Shown here one piece after another: positions 38,734 through 48,297 of a DNA stretch of 64,000 bases; within the stretch, counting starts at the first letter, position 1, and each line of letters begins with the position of its first letter. The position numbers were made by a program, and so were the translations under genes. This DNA is from Nitrospiria bacterium. GTDB taxonomy: Bacteria; Nitrospirota; UBA9217. The notes beneath the pieces are model-generated. The model was not told the DNA's origin, did not search any database, and saw nothing but the letters and a program-made list of their open reading frames with translations. The stretch spans positions 3,162 through 67,161 of the forward strand of contig CAKKRC010000045.1 of the NCBI GenBank assembly GCA_919902495.1, written 5' to 3'.

Positions 38734-41538
38734 CTAGCGACTATCGGCCAATAACGGAAGTGTGAACACAAAGTTCGATCCGTTCGGTTGATTGCTTTCA
38801 ACCCAGATGCGGCCGTTGTGGTTCTCGACAATTGTCTTGCAGATCGCAAGGCCCAGACCGGTGCCGTGCGGTTTGCTCTTCGAGGAATCATCGAGCTGAT
38901 GGAATCTCTCAAAGATGCGTTCACGTTCACTCGGCGCGATGCCGGGGCCGTTGTCCAGGACCTCGATCCGTGCCTTGTCATCAGCACAGGAAAGCCGTAT
39001 GTGCACTTTCCCTGTGTCCTGCGCGCAATATTTTATCGCGTTCGACAATAGATTGATGATCACCTGGACAAGCCTGTCCTTATCGCCGAAGACCAGGACA
39101 GGCCTCTGAGGCGACTCCCGCGTGATGCTTATATTCTTGTTCTGCGACAACTGGCTTGTTGCCGCAGCCGACTCCTGGACCACGCTTACCAAGTCAAGCT
39201 TCTCATGGGCCCATTGGTAAGACCCTGAATCTATCTTGGTGAAATCCAGCACCTGGTTGACAAGGCGCGTCAGGCGCTCTGTCTCCTTTACCACGATCCG
39301 CAGCAGTTGCTGGCGCTGCTGGGGGTCCATGTTGGCGTCGTCCTGCAGTATCTCGGAAAAGGCGCGGATCGATGTCAGGGGGGTGCGCAGTTCATGGCTG
39401 ACGGTAGAGACGAACTCGTCCTTCATGCGGTCGAGTTCCTTCAGGCGTTCGTTGGTGCGCTTGAGCTCACTCGTGGCGGCCTCCAGCTCGCGTGACTTCT
39501 GCTCGAGCCGGTGGCTGTACTCTATGACCTGAGATGTTTCATCGAGTACTTTCATAAGCCCTTCGATGCTCAGAGCCTCTCCTTCAATGATCGAGGACAC
39601 CATCACACGCGCCGATGCGGCCCCGACCGTGCCGGCAAGCTCACGCTCGGCGAAGGCGATGAGACTCTCGTCGGCTAATGAGTCGTCATGAAATACGAGG
39701 GAGTGACGTAAGGCATACGAGCGAAAAGCCGCGTCGGCCCTCTCGGCACCGATCATGCGCGTCACGAGCCCTTTCAGGTCGTTGACCTTCGTCTTGCCGT
39801 GCCAGAGAGGGGCATCAGCTCTGTCGATGACCCTTTTCTTGTAAACATCCACGAACATCGCGGCCTGCAACTGGTCGAGCGCCTCCTGGCGGCCGAACAA
39901 GGAGACCCCCACCATGAGGCCGACATTGAACAACATGCTCCAGAATACAGAATGGGTGATAGGGTCGAAGCCGGTCAGGTTAAAGAGATGATAGGGCCCG
40001 AGTTCAAAGATGCCGAAGAGCCCCGGCTCCACAAATGACGTCGGGATCCATCCGGAAATGGCAAAGGAAGGCAGCAGGAGCGTATAGGCCCAGACAGCAA
40101 AGCCTCCGGCAAGGCCTGCCAGTGCGCCGCGCCTGCTTACTCCCTTCCAGTATATCCCCAGCAAGATGGCGGGGGCAAACTGGGCGGCGGCGGTGAACGA
40201 GACCAGGCCTATGGTGACCAGGGCATAGGATTCGCCGATAAGGCGAAAATAGAGGTAGCCGAGAAGCAGGATCAGCAGGATACCGCCGCGCCGTATGATG
40301 AGCAGCGTTCTGCCCATGTCGTCCCGGCGCAGGAGCTTCAGTCTCAGGAGAACAGGCATCAGCAGATCGTTGCACAGCATGGTGGAAAGGGCTATGGTCT
40401 CGACAATGACCATGCCGGTGGCCGCGGAAAGCCCGCCGATGAACACGAAGAGGGCCAGGGCCTCATCCCCGGCTTTTAGGGGAAGCGTCAGGACGAACAT
40501 GTCTGCGTCCACCGAGCCTGCATGGAAAAACATAAGTCCCGCGAAGGCGATAGGCAGCACGAATATGTTTATGGCGAGCAGGTAGAGCGGGAAGAGCCAT
40601 GAGGCCGTGCGAACATGCTTCTCGTTGACGTTTTCCACGACGAGGACCTGGAACTGCCTCGGCAGGAACATGATGGCGGTCATGGATATGAAGGTCAAGG
40701 CGAGCCATGAGGCATAGCCTCCGGGCAGGGGTTCCATGGTCATCAATCTTGCTATTTCGGGCTCCAAAGCGGCCTGTCTGAAAAGGTCTTTGGGTCCGTC
40801 AAACATCATGTAGGTTACGTATATTCCGACTGCAGAGAAAGCCAGCAGCTTTACTATGGATTCAAAGGCTATGGCCGCCACCATGCCTTCATGACGCTCG
40901 GTAACGTCTATGTGGCGCGTGCCGAAGAGTATCGAGAATACGGCCAGTACCAGTGCTACGTACAGGGCTGTATCATGACCGGCTCCCAGTTCGCTCACGT
41001 TCTGGCTGTTATAGTGAAAGAGCACGTTGAAACTGGAAGATATGGACTTCAGTTGAAGCGCAATGTAGGGCATGATGCCCACTATGGAGATAACGGTCAC
41101 CAGACCGCCGATCACCGAGCTCTTCCCATACCTGGACGCGATGAAGTCCGCGATGCTTGTGATGTTGTTGACCTTGCTCAGGCGGATGATCTTGCGAAGT
41201 ACGAACCACCAGACGGTTGCGGCAAGGGTCGGGCCAAGATATATCGGCAGGAACCCGACGCCGGTCGAAGCCGCTCGGCCTACGCTGCCGTAAAAGGTCC
41301 ATCCGGTGCAGTACACCGCTATCGAAAACGTGTATATATAGGGGTTGCTGATTATCGATCTGCCGGCGTCCGCGCGTTTATCCCCGTAATACGCGATTGC
41401 GAACAGGATGCCCAGATAGCCGAAGGAGACCAGCAGTATGATCCATTGCTGAAGCATGTCAGCGGTCCTCATCTTTCCGGGTGTCGGCTTGATCCGATGA
41501 TCGACCTGGTCGGTCATGGAGGACAAATACCATCGCAC
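38734..41538 (-). CDS. Sensor histidine kinase with N-terminal sodium:solute symporter (SSF/SLC5) domain, CbrA-like
   Basis: About 13 TM helices of the SSF family, then HisKA (HELRTPLTSIRAFSEIL) and HATPase_c (DNGPGI...GTGLGL). Probable true start near 41472 (MRTADMLQQW). Confidence 0.8.
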   Translation of the reverse strand: MRWYLSSMTDQVDHRIKPTPGKMRTADMLQQWIILLVSFGYLGILFAIAYYGDKRADAGRSIISNPYIYTFSIAVYCTGWTFYGSVGRAASTGVGFLPIYLGPTLAATVWWFVLRKIIRLSKVNNITSIADFIASRYGKSSVIGGLVTVISIVGIMPYIALQLKSISSSFNVLFHYNSQNVSELGAGHDTALYVALVLAVFSILFGTRHIDVTERHEGMVAAIAFESIVKLLAFSAVGIYVTYMMFDGPKDLFRQAALEPEIARLMTMEPLPGGYASWLALTFISMTAIMFLPRQFQVLVVENVNEKHVRTASWLFPLYLLAINIFVLPIAFAGLMFFHAGSVDADMFVLTLPLKAGDEALALFVFIGGLSAATGMVIVETIALSTMLCNDLLMPVLLRLKLLRRDDMGRTLLIIRRGGILLILLLGYLYFRLIGESYALVTIGLVSFTAAAQFAPAILLGIYWKGVSRRGALAGLAGGFAVWAYTLLLPSFAISGWIPTSFVEPGLFGIFELGPYHLFNLTGFDPITHSVFWSMLFNVGLMVGVSLFGRQEALDQLQAAMFVDVYKKRVIDRADAPLWHGKTKVNDLKGLVTRMIGAERADAAFRSYALRHSLVFHDDSLADESLIAFAERELAGTVGAASARVMVSSIIEGEALSIEGLMKVLDETSQVIEYSHRLEQKSRELEAATSELKRTNERLKELDRMKDEFVSTVSHELRTPLTSIRAFSEILQDDANMDPQQRQQLLRIVVKETERLTRLVNQVLDFTKIDSGSYQWAHEKLDLVSVVQESAAATSQLSQNKNISITRESPQRPVLVFGDKDRLVQVIINLLSNAIKYCAQDTGKVHIRLSCADDKARIEVLDNGPGIAPSERERIFERFHQLDDSSKSKPHGTGLGLAICKTIVENHNGRIWVESNQPNGSNFVFTLPLLADSR

Positions 41539-41752
41539 CGATGATCAGCCCCCATATTAAAAAGAGGTATAAGAACAAGACAGGGAATCCCATGCACAGA
41601 TGCGTCTTGCTGAAAACTGACAACAGCGGGAAATTGAGCAGCATGGTCCCCACGATCAGGAGACTGATGAGCCTTTCCCCTTTGCGCTTCGGCCCAGGCG
41701 ACTGTCCTTCTTCATCATACGGTTGCACCTCTCTGTCATTTTGATCTGTCAT
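41459..41752 (-). CDS. Small two-TM membrane protein (DUF485/YjcH-CbrX-like) upstream of the SSF-kinase
   Basis: 97 aa, two hydrophobic helices. Positioned like yjcH before actP or cbrX before cbrA. 4-bp overlap with the upstream exonuclease-fusion gene. Confidence 0.55.
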   Translation of the reverse strand: MTDQNDREVQPYDEEGQSPGPKRKGERLISLLIVGTMLLNFPLLSVFSKTHLCMGFPVLFLYLFLIWGLIIGAMVFVLHDRPGRSSDQADTRKDEDR

Positions 41753-43815
41753 CGGCGCGATGCCTCCAGTACTCCGCCCAGCGTTGTGATCCCTTTATCT
41801 TTTAAGACTTGAAGGAATTTTATGAAAACCTGGGCAGTGATCAAGGAATCTCCAAGGGCAGTATGCCGGTCTTTAACCTCTACGCCGAGCCGCTTCGCGA
41901 TCGCGTCCAGGGAGTGCTCCGGCGTATGGTCATGCAGGTAGAGCGACAATGTCAGCGTGTCGAGCACCGGCCCCCTGAAGCGTACCCCGGCACGTTCCTC
42001 TTTCAATCGCATAAAGCGCATGTCGAATGCCGCGTTATGCCCGACCAGCAGAGAATTTCCGACAAACGAATGAAACGCCCCCAGCGCATTTTCTATAGGG
42101 GGCTGACCCCTGACCATCTCATCCGTGAGACCGTGAATACGGATCGAAGACTGAGGGATGCTCCTCTTCGGATCGATGAGCTTATTGAAGGTTTCACCGA
42201 TGATAATGCCCAAATTGACTATCTTCACCCCCGCCAGAGAAATGATCTCATCCCCTTCCAGGGGGGAGAGTCCTGTTGTCTCCGTATCGAACACCACGAA
42301 GGAAAGACGATCCAGCGGCAGGTCCTTCAGCCTGGCTGTCTCTTCAGCATCTTCGCATGCTGTGAAATCCGTATAGACGGGCCGCGCCGGCAGTATGTGG
42401 ACAGGCAGTTCCCACTGGCTGCTAGACAGAGGCAGGGGAAGGCATAACACCGCAAAACCGGGCGTGTTGTGCGGCCTGCTCCAGACTTCGCTGTCAAGGA
42501 TATCGAGCGTCTCCTCCACGGTGAGCGCAGCCGAGGGCTCGATCAAGCAGGAGGTCCATTCTCTGATCTCGCCCTGGGAGACCGGCACTCCTTCCCAGGT
42601 ATAGTTGAAGTAAACACGCCGGTCGCCGAGGAGCGTCTCAATTTCCATGGCGTCAACACCGCGATACTCGTGTATCTTCGCTGCAAAGAACTCGAGCAGC
42701 ATGAGCAGTGAATGGATGTCCGCCTTCACCCAGAGGGGATCGCCGATCATGGTGAGCCTGATCCCTTTTTTCTCGAGACGCTTGGCGACACAGATCGCAG
42801 CATCTTCGGCAAAAACATTGTTTATCAGGAAGCGCGGAGACTCTATGTCCTGCACCTCACGGGCGAGGGTCTCAAACTCATTCATGAGGCTGCGCGTTTC
42901 GTTCGCCATGGTGCGTTCCAGGGCGAGGCGGTTTGCAGGATCGAGGTCTGGGATCAGTTCAAGGCTCTCGACGTTGATGCCAATGCTCGTCAGGGAGCTG
43001 CGCATCTTCTTGACCGTTGTGCGCAGGATGTTCTCCCTGCGCCCCTCGGCATCGGCTTCACGGCTGATATCCTCGCACGTGAACACAAACGACCAGGAAA
43101 GCCCCGGGACCGCCGGAAGCAAGTGCATGCGACAGCTGATAATTGCGCCCTGCAGGGTGGAACAGACAAAGGAGATGTCGTTTTCCGTGTCTCGCTCATC
43201 AGCATGACGGACCCGCCTCTGTCGCAACACGGCGAGCGAGCTCTCAATGGGACCGGCCGCGCAGAGATTATAGAGAGAACGGCCGAGCCCCAGGGCAGCG
43301 TCGTTGTGAAATATCCTGCGGGAAGCAGTGTTATAGAACACGACACGCGCCCTGTCGTCGCAGACCAGTATGCCTTCCCTGAACGACATGAGGATGATCT
43401 CAAGGCTGGCCTTGCTGTTTTCCGCGTCGCTTGAGATCGCGGATGACGCCTCGAAGATCTCACGCCTCGCTTTCATGAACGACCCGCCGAGATCATTGAC
43501 AGCGTTCCGGACATCGCCGATGAGATTCCCAGGCGGCAGTTCGACAACATGGGCAGGATTGGCGCCGGTGATTATATGGATCTCCCGGACCAGCGTCTTG
43601 AGCGGTTGGAATAAGAACTTGTGCAGAGCAAAGAAAAGAGCGGACAGGAACAACACAGAGACAGCCGCGGTTATGCATAAGGCATCATTGATATGCGCCC
43701 GGACGGCGGGATCGTACGACCGGTGAACGACGAGCCGATATCCGCCGTAAAACAGCAGCGCATACAGAAATGCGCCTGCGACCAACAGAAGCATGAAGCG
43801 GCGATTATTGACCAC
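41749..43815 (-). CDS. Membrane-anchored HAMP/PAS pseudo-histidine-kinase fused to a DEDDh (DnaQ-like) 3'-5' exonuclease domain
   Basis: 688 aa with a GTG start. Two N-terminal TM helices, a PAS-like segment, and a DHp-like region TTVKKMRSSLTSI where the phospho-acceptor His of HELRTPLTSI is replaced by Lys. The CA-like region lacks G1/G2 boxes. C-terminus has Exo I FVVFDTETTGL, Exo II LLVGHNAAFDMRFM and Exo III RHTALGDSLITAQVF. Confidence 0.75.
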   Translation of the reverse strand: MVNNRRFMLLLVAGAFLYALLFYGGYRLVVHRSYDPAVRAHINDALCITAAVSVLFLSALFFALHKFLFQPLKTLVREIHIITGANPAHVVELPPGNLIGDVRNAVNDLGGSFMKARREIFEASSAISSDAENSKASLEIILMSFREGILVCDDRARVVFYNTASRRIFHNDAALGLGRSLYNLCAAGPIESSLAVLRQRRVRHADERDTENDISFVCSTLQGAIISCRMHLLPAVPGLSWSFVFTCEDISREADAEGRRENILRTTVKKMRSSLTSIGINVESLELIPDLDPANRLALERTMANETRSLMNEFETLAREVQDIESPRFLINNVFAEDAAICVAKRLEKKGIRLTMIGDPLWVKADIHSLLMLLEFFAAKIHEYRGVDAMEIETLLGDRRVYFNYTWEGVPVSQGEIREWTSCLIEPSAALTVEETLDILDSEVWSRPHNTPGFAVLCLPLPLSSSQWELPVHILPARPVYTDFTACEDAEETARLKDLPLDRLSFVVFDTETTGLSPLEGDEIISLAGVKIVNLGIIIGETFNKLIDPKRSIPQSSIRIHGLTDEMVRGQPPIENALGAFHSFVGNSLLVGHNAAFDMRFMRLKEERAGVRFRGPVLDTLTLSLYLHDHTPEHSLDAIAKRLGVEVKDRHTALGDSLITAQVFIKFLQVLKDKGITTLGGVLEASRR

Positions 43816-43849
43816 GCTTATATCTCCCGTCGATATCGAGAAGCACTTG

Positions 43850-44227
43850 TCAGCGGTCCGGCATTACCGTCAGCAGTTCCTTGACCTTCGAGACGACTTC
43901 ACGGGTCGAAAAAGGCTTCGTTATATATAAATCGACCCCGAGAGCCAGACCTTTTTCCTTCTCGACCTCGCGGCCTTTTGCCGTAAGCATGACGATGCGA
44001 ACGTTTTTCAGCGAGGCATCGGCGCGTATCCGCTGACACACCTCATAGCCGTCCATCTTCGGCATCATAATGTCAAGGAGCACCAGGTCCGGTTGGAACT
44101 CACCTAGGGCATGAAAGGCCTTCTCTCCGTCGTCCACGGCATGGACCTCAAAGCCTTCCTTCTTCATTAAAAGTTCAAGGGCCAGAACTATGTTAGGCTC
44201 GTCATCAACGATAAGAATACGATGCAT
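43850..44227 (-). CDS. Single-domain CheY-like response regulator (REC only)
   Basis: ILIVDDEP...DLVLLDIMMPKMDG...MLTAKG. No output domain. ORF-track N-terminal extension trimmed. Confidence 0.75.
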   Translation of the reverse strand: MHRILIVDDEPNIVLALELLMKKEGFEVHAVDDGEKAFHALGEFQPDLVLLDIMMPKMDGYEVCQRIRADASLKNVRIVMLTAKGREVEKEKGLALGVDLYITKPFSTREVVSKVKELLTVMPDR

Positions 44228-44414
44228 TGCCGATCCTCCCTCCCGAAATATACTCGCTGGTATTTTAACATACAACCACGATAATAACATGCAGATTTTT
44301 CGGTTAGCAGGGGGCAACCGAAGTCTGGACTTTTGTAGAGCATGTGCAGTATTATAATTATAGTATAAAGAGGGCGAACGTCCGTTTGACATACACTACC
44401 GAGGGTCTCAAACG

Positions 44415-46319
44415 ATGCCGGACAAAAGTGCGATCATTTTTTTGAAAAAACACCATCCGTTCAAACTGCTGGACGAACATGACCTCGCCAGGCTGGTCAG
44501 CTGTCTCACGATGGAACTCTATCCCGCCGGCGCGTACATATTGAGTCAGGGGGAGAAGCCGTCCGGGAGCCTGTATATCATTAAGGAGGGCAGCGTAACG
44601 ATATGCGCGCGGACCGCACCTGATCAGGAGAATGTGATCGATTTTCGCGGCGCAGGAGACACGTTCGGGTTTCTCTCGGTCGGAGAGGGCATGCGTCTGG
44701 ACGTATCGGTAAAGGCAGCGAGTGCCACGATCTGCTATGTGGCCGACAAGGACTGCGTCATGATGCTGCTGGATGACCATCCTGCGCTTCGAGACTACCT
44801 CTTGCCTTCCTATTTCCCAAAGCAGGAGGACAGCCAGGATTCATTGCCGCCCCCGTTGAATTTTTATCGTGAAGGTTCGGACAGGGTCCTCTTTACCACG
44901 CCGGTACGGGACCTCGTCGCCCGGGACATCGTTACGGCCCGAACCGACGTCTCGATCCTGGATGCTGCTGGATTGATGTCAGCGCACCGCGCAGGCGCGC
45001 TCGTGATCGTGGACGAGGCCGGCGGGCCGGTCGGCATTATCACCAATACCGACCTGCGGGACAAGGTGCTGGCATGCCGGAAGGACCCCTCGTCCCCGGC
45101 GACCGATGTCATGAGTGCGCCGCTCTATGGCGTGGAGGGCGGCGATTTCTGCTACGAAGCCGTCCTGAAAATGGTGAGCCGCAATGTTCACCACCTGGTG
45201 GTGACGGATGCCGGGAAACTGATCGGCATTATCAGCAGTCGCGATCTGATGGTCCTGCAGATCACCTCGCCCCTCATGATCGCAAGGGAGATCGAGAGCC
45301 AATCCTCGGTCGAGGGCCTCGCATCTGCATCGGCAAAGATCCTGAGGCTCATATCCCTGCTCCTCGGTGAAGGGGCCAGGGCCGAAAGCATCATCCGCAT
45401 TATTACCGAAGTGAACGACCGTATCGAACGCAAAGTGCTCGACTTCACGGTAAAGACCCTTGGCCCGCCTCCGCTGCCGTTCTGTTGGATCGTTTACGGC
45501 AGCGCCGGCAGAAAGGAGCAGACCTTCAGGACCGACCAGGACAATGCCATACTTTACGCGGACCCCCGAACCGAGGAAGAGGCGAGGCAGGCAGAAGAGT
45601 ATTTTCGACGATTCGCTGATTTCGCGGTCAATGCCCTTCTGCGCTGCGGATTTACGCTCTGCCCGGGCGATTTTATGGCGACCAACCAGCAGTGGAGACA
45701 ACCCCTGTCTGTCTGGAAGAAGTACTTCAGCAGCTGGCTGCATACGCCGACGGACAAAGCGATCCACAATTCTGCCAACCTGTTCGATTTCAGAGGACTG
45801 TACGGCGATGTGCAGCTGGCCGAGGACCTGAAAAAACATCTTATGAAATCGCTGGTGGACAAAAAGATCTTTCTTAAGGCCATGGCGAACCTGGTGACGG
45901 ACTACCGTCCGCCCATCGGACTGTTCGGCTGGTTCATCGTCGAGAAAAGCGGCGAACACGCGAACCGGATAGACCTTAAGAAAAGCTGTCTCACCCCTAT
46001 CATCAATATCATCCGTCTCTTGGCATTCGAGTGCAATATTCCCGAGACTAGCACCTTCGAGAGGCTCTTGGTCCTCAAGATCGCGCATCCGACCATCAGA
46101 GCCGTCGGCGACGACCTTGCGCATGCACTGGAGTTCGTATCGCTCCTCAGGATACGCCGCCAGGTGGAGCAGGTCTCGATGGGCGCCGCTCCCGACAACT
46201 TCATCAATCCAAAGAAACTTCGCTCTCTAGAGCAGAGAAACCTCAAGGAGATCTGCAAGCTGCTCGCTCGCATACTCGACGACATCGCAGTACAATACGA
46301 AGTGGGAACGCGGCTCTGA
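44415..46319 (+). CDS. cNMP-binding + tandem CBS + DUF294 putative nucleotidyltransferase protein
   Basis: 634 aa. N-terminal cyclic-nucleotide-binding fold (FRGAGDTFGFLS), CBS pair (GALVIVDEAGGPVGIITNTDL, HHLVVTDAGKLIGIISSRDL), pol-beta-type NTase motif GSAGRKEQTFRTDQDNAIL. Divergently transcribed from the REC-exonuclease operon. Confidence 0.75.
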   Translation: MPDKSAIIFLKKHHPFKLLDEHDLARLVSCLTMELYPAGAYILSQGEKPSGSLYIIKEGSVTICARTAPDQENVIDFRGAGDTFGFLSVGEGMRLDVSVKAASATICYVADKDCVMMLLDDHPALRDYLLPSYFPKQEDSQDSLPPPLNFYREGSDRVLFTTPVRDLVARDIVTARTDVSILDAAGLMSAHRAGALVIVDEAGGPVGIITNTDLRDKVLACRKDPSSPATDVMSAPLYGVEGGDFCYEAVLKMVSRNVHHLVVTDAGKLIGIISSRDLMVLQITSPLMIAREIESQSSVEGLASASAKILRLISLLLGEGARAESIIRIITEVNDRIERKVLDFTVKTLGPPPLPFCWIVYGSAGRKEQTFRTDQDNAILYADPRTEEEARQAEEYFRRFADFAVNALLRCGFTLCPGDFMATNQQWRQPLSVWKKYFSSWLHTPTDKAIHNSANLFDFRGLYGDVQLAEDLKKHLMKSLVDKKIFLKAMANLVTDYRPPIGLFGWFIVEKSGEHANRIDLKKSCLTPIINIIRLLAFECNIPETSTFERLLVLKIAHPTIRAVGDDLAHALEFVSLLRIRRQVEQVSMGAAPDNFINPKKLRSLEQRNLKEICKLLARILDDIAVQYEVGTRL

Positions 46320-46551
46320 TATACTTGCAAGGAGTATTTAGCAGCAGACAACATAGGATCGATCAAACCTGGCCCTAAGTATGTCGTCGATAGCGTTCGT
46401 GAGCGGCCCGGCAGGTTTGGGTGCAGTCGGTAGGGTTTTGAAGTGCAGGGTGAAACGTAAGGCTGGTTCAGAGAGGTGGATCATTGCTGAACTGATCCTG
46501 ACCATCCCTGTTGTCGCGATGCTCGTTCTTGCCTGAGGTTTTGTTTCTTTT

Positions 46552-48297
46552 TTAGGCGAGCAGTATTATCACCTTTGTCCCTTTTCCCGCCGTGCTTTCG
46601 ATCTTCATCTCCCATCCATGCGCCCTGACAAGATGCTTCACGATAGCGAGGCCGAGGCCGGTGCCGCCCATCTTGCGTGACCGGGCGGGGTCCACTCGGT
46701 AGAACCGTTCACCCAGGCGGCTGAGATGTTTTTCCGGCACGCCGATCCCTGTGTCCTCCACAAACAGCTCTATTCTGCCGCTTTCCTCCTTCATCCCGAT
46801 GGTGATGCCGCCCTTGTCGGTGAACTTGATGGCGTTCCCTACGAGGTTGGTCAGGATCTGCACGAGACGGTCCCTGTCCGCGTTGAGGGTCTGGAGGTTA
46901 AGCGGTATCGACACGGTCATTGAAAGGTTCTTCTCCTTCGCCTGCTCTTCCAGCATGGCCATGACCGAACTCACGACCTCGTTTACCTCCACGGGCCGCC
47001 TGGTTATCTTGATGACGCCCATTTCTATCTTCGAGATGGTCATGAGGTCGTCCACAAGGATGTTGATCCTCTCGCTGTTGGCCCGGATGGTCTCGAGGAA
47101 CTTGAGGGCGTGCTCCCTGTCGTCCAGCGCCCCTTCGAGCAGGGTTTCGGAGAATCCCAGGATGGCGGTGATGGGGGTCTTGATCTCGTGGGAGATGTTG
47201 GCCACGAAGTCCTTGCGAACCTGCTCCAGTTTCTTGAGCTGCGTGATGTCGTGGAAGATGGCGACCAGTCCTGACAGTTCGTTCTTCTGATAGAAGAGGG
47301 GAGAGACGTGTACGACGAAATGGCGCTCGGCGGGATATTCGAGATAGAGCTCGGCGATCCCCGGGGCGAGAGTGGAACGCACGTTGTCGACGATGGTCAA
47401 AAACTCATGGTTCCGGACCACTTCGATCAACGGACGGCCAACGAGCGGCGCGTCGCCGAAGGATTTGCGCGTTGCGGCGCTGGCGATCTGGATGGCCCCG
47501 CGGGCGTCGATGATGAGCAGGGCGTCGGGAATGCTCCGGAGGATCACGTTGAGCCTCTTTTTCTCATCCTCGCTCTCCGCGATGACCTTTTTCAGCTCTT
47601 CGGACATGGTGTTGAGGCTTTCGGCGATCTCGTCGAACTCTCCAGGCGCGTCGAGGAACAGCCGTTTCCCAATTTCGCCGCGGGCAAGCGCCTGGGAAAA
47701 GTCCCGGATCCGGCGTGTCAGACCGCGCAGCAGGCCGATCTGCCAAAGGGAGAATATGCCCGTTGCCAGCAGGCTCAGTCCCATGACAACGGACATCTTG
47801 ATACGGAGCTGATTGATCTCTGCATCGACGCTCTTGAGGGGAATGCTGAGACGAACGAAGCCGGCCGGTTTGCCGTCATTTGTCACGTTCAGGGCTACAT
47901 AGAGAAAATCGTAGTGCAGCGTTTCGCTCATGCGTATGGCCATGCCGGTGCCGTTCGTACGCGCATGTCTGATCTCGGGCCGGTCAGCGTGATTGTCCAG
48001 GAGCGGGGAGTGCCTGTCGGAATCGCCCCGGACCGTGCCGTCGGGGGCAATGATCGTAACGCGCGCCCCGGTCACCACCTTCAAATGTTTGCAGAGATCG
48101 TCCAGGCGGGCGGGGGATGCGAAGGGGACCTCTTCGGAGATGAGGCGTGCCTGGATTACAAGGCTTGCCTCGTGCGTGGAGATGTAGTTCCCCCGGACAG
48201 CGGCAGTGATATACACTTCCAGGATGATCGCCGCCAGGACGATGATGAACGCGTAGAGGATAAAAATGCGCGTGAAGATGTTCCTTTTTCCGGTCAC
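46552..48297 (-). CDS. phoR: Phosphate regulon sensor histidine kinase PhoR
   Basis: 581 aa. TM-HAMP-PAS, HisKA SHEIKTPITAILGFSETL, HATPase_c. 4-bp overlap with phoB. Confidence 0.8.
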   Translation of the reverse strand: MTGKRNIFTRIFILYAFIIVLAAIILEVYITAAVRGNYISTHEASLVIQARLISEEVPFASPARLDDLCKHLKVVTGARVTIIAPDGTVRGDSDRHSPLLDNHADRPEIRHARTNGTGMAIRMSETLHYDFLYVALNVTNDGKPAGFVRLSIPLKSVDAEINQLRIKMSVVMGLSLLATGIFSLWQIGLLRGLTRRIRDFSQALARGEIGKRLFLDAPGEFDEIAESLNTMSEELKKVIAESEDEKKRLNVILRSIPDALLIIDARGAIQIASAATRKSFGDAPLVGRPLIEVVRNHEFLTIVDNVRSTLAPGIAELYLEYPAERHFVVHVSPLFYQKNELSGLVAIFHDITQLKKLEQVRKDFVANISHEIKTPITAILGFSETLLEGALDDREHALKFLETIRANSERINILVDDLMTISKIEMGVIKITRRPVEVNEVVSSVMAMLEEQAKEKNLSMTVSIPLNLQTLNADRDRLVQILTNLVGNAIKFTDKGGITIGMKEESGRIELFVEDTGIGVPEKHLSRLGERFYRVDPARSRKMGGTGLGLAIVKHLVRAHGWEMKIESTAGKGTKVIILLA

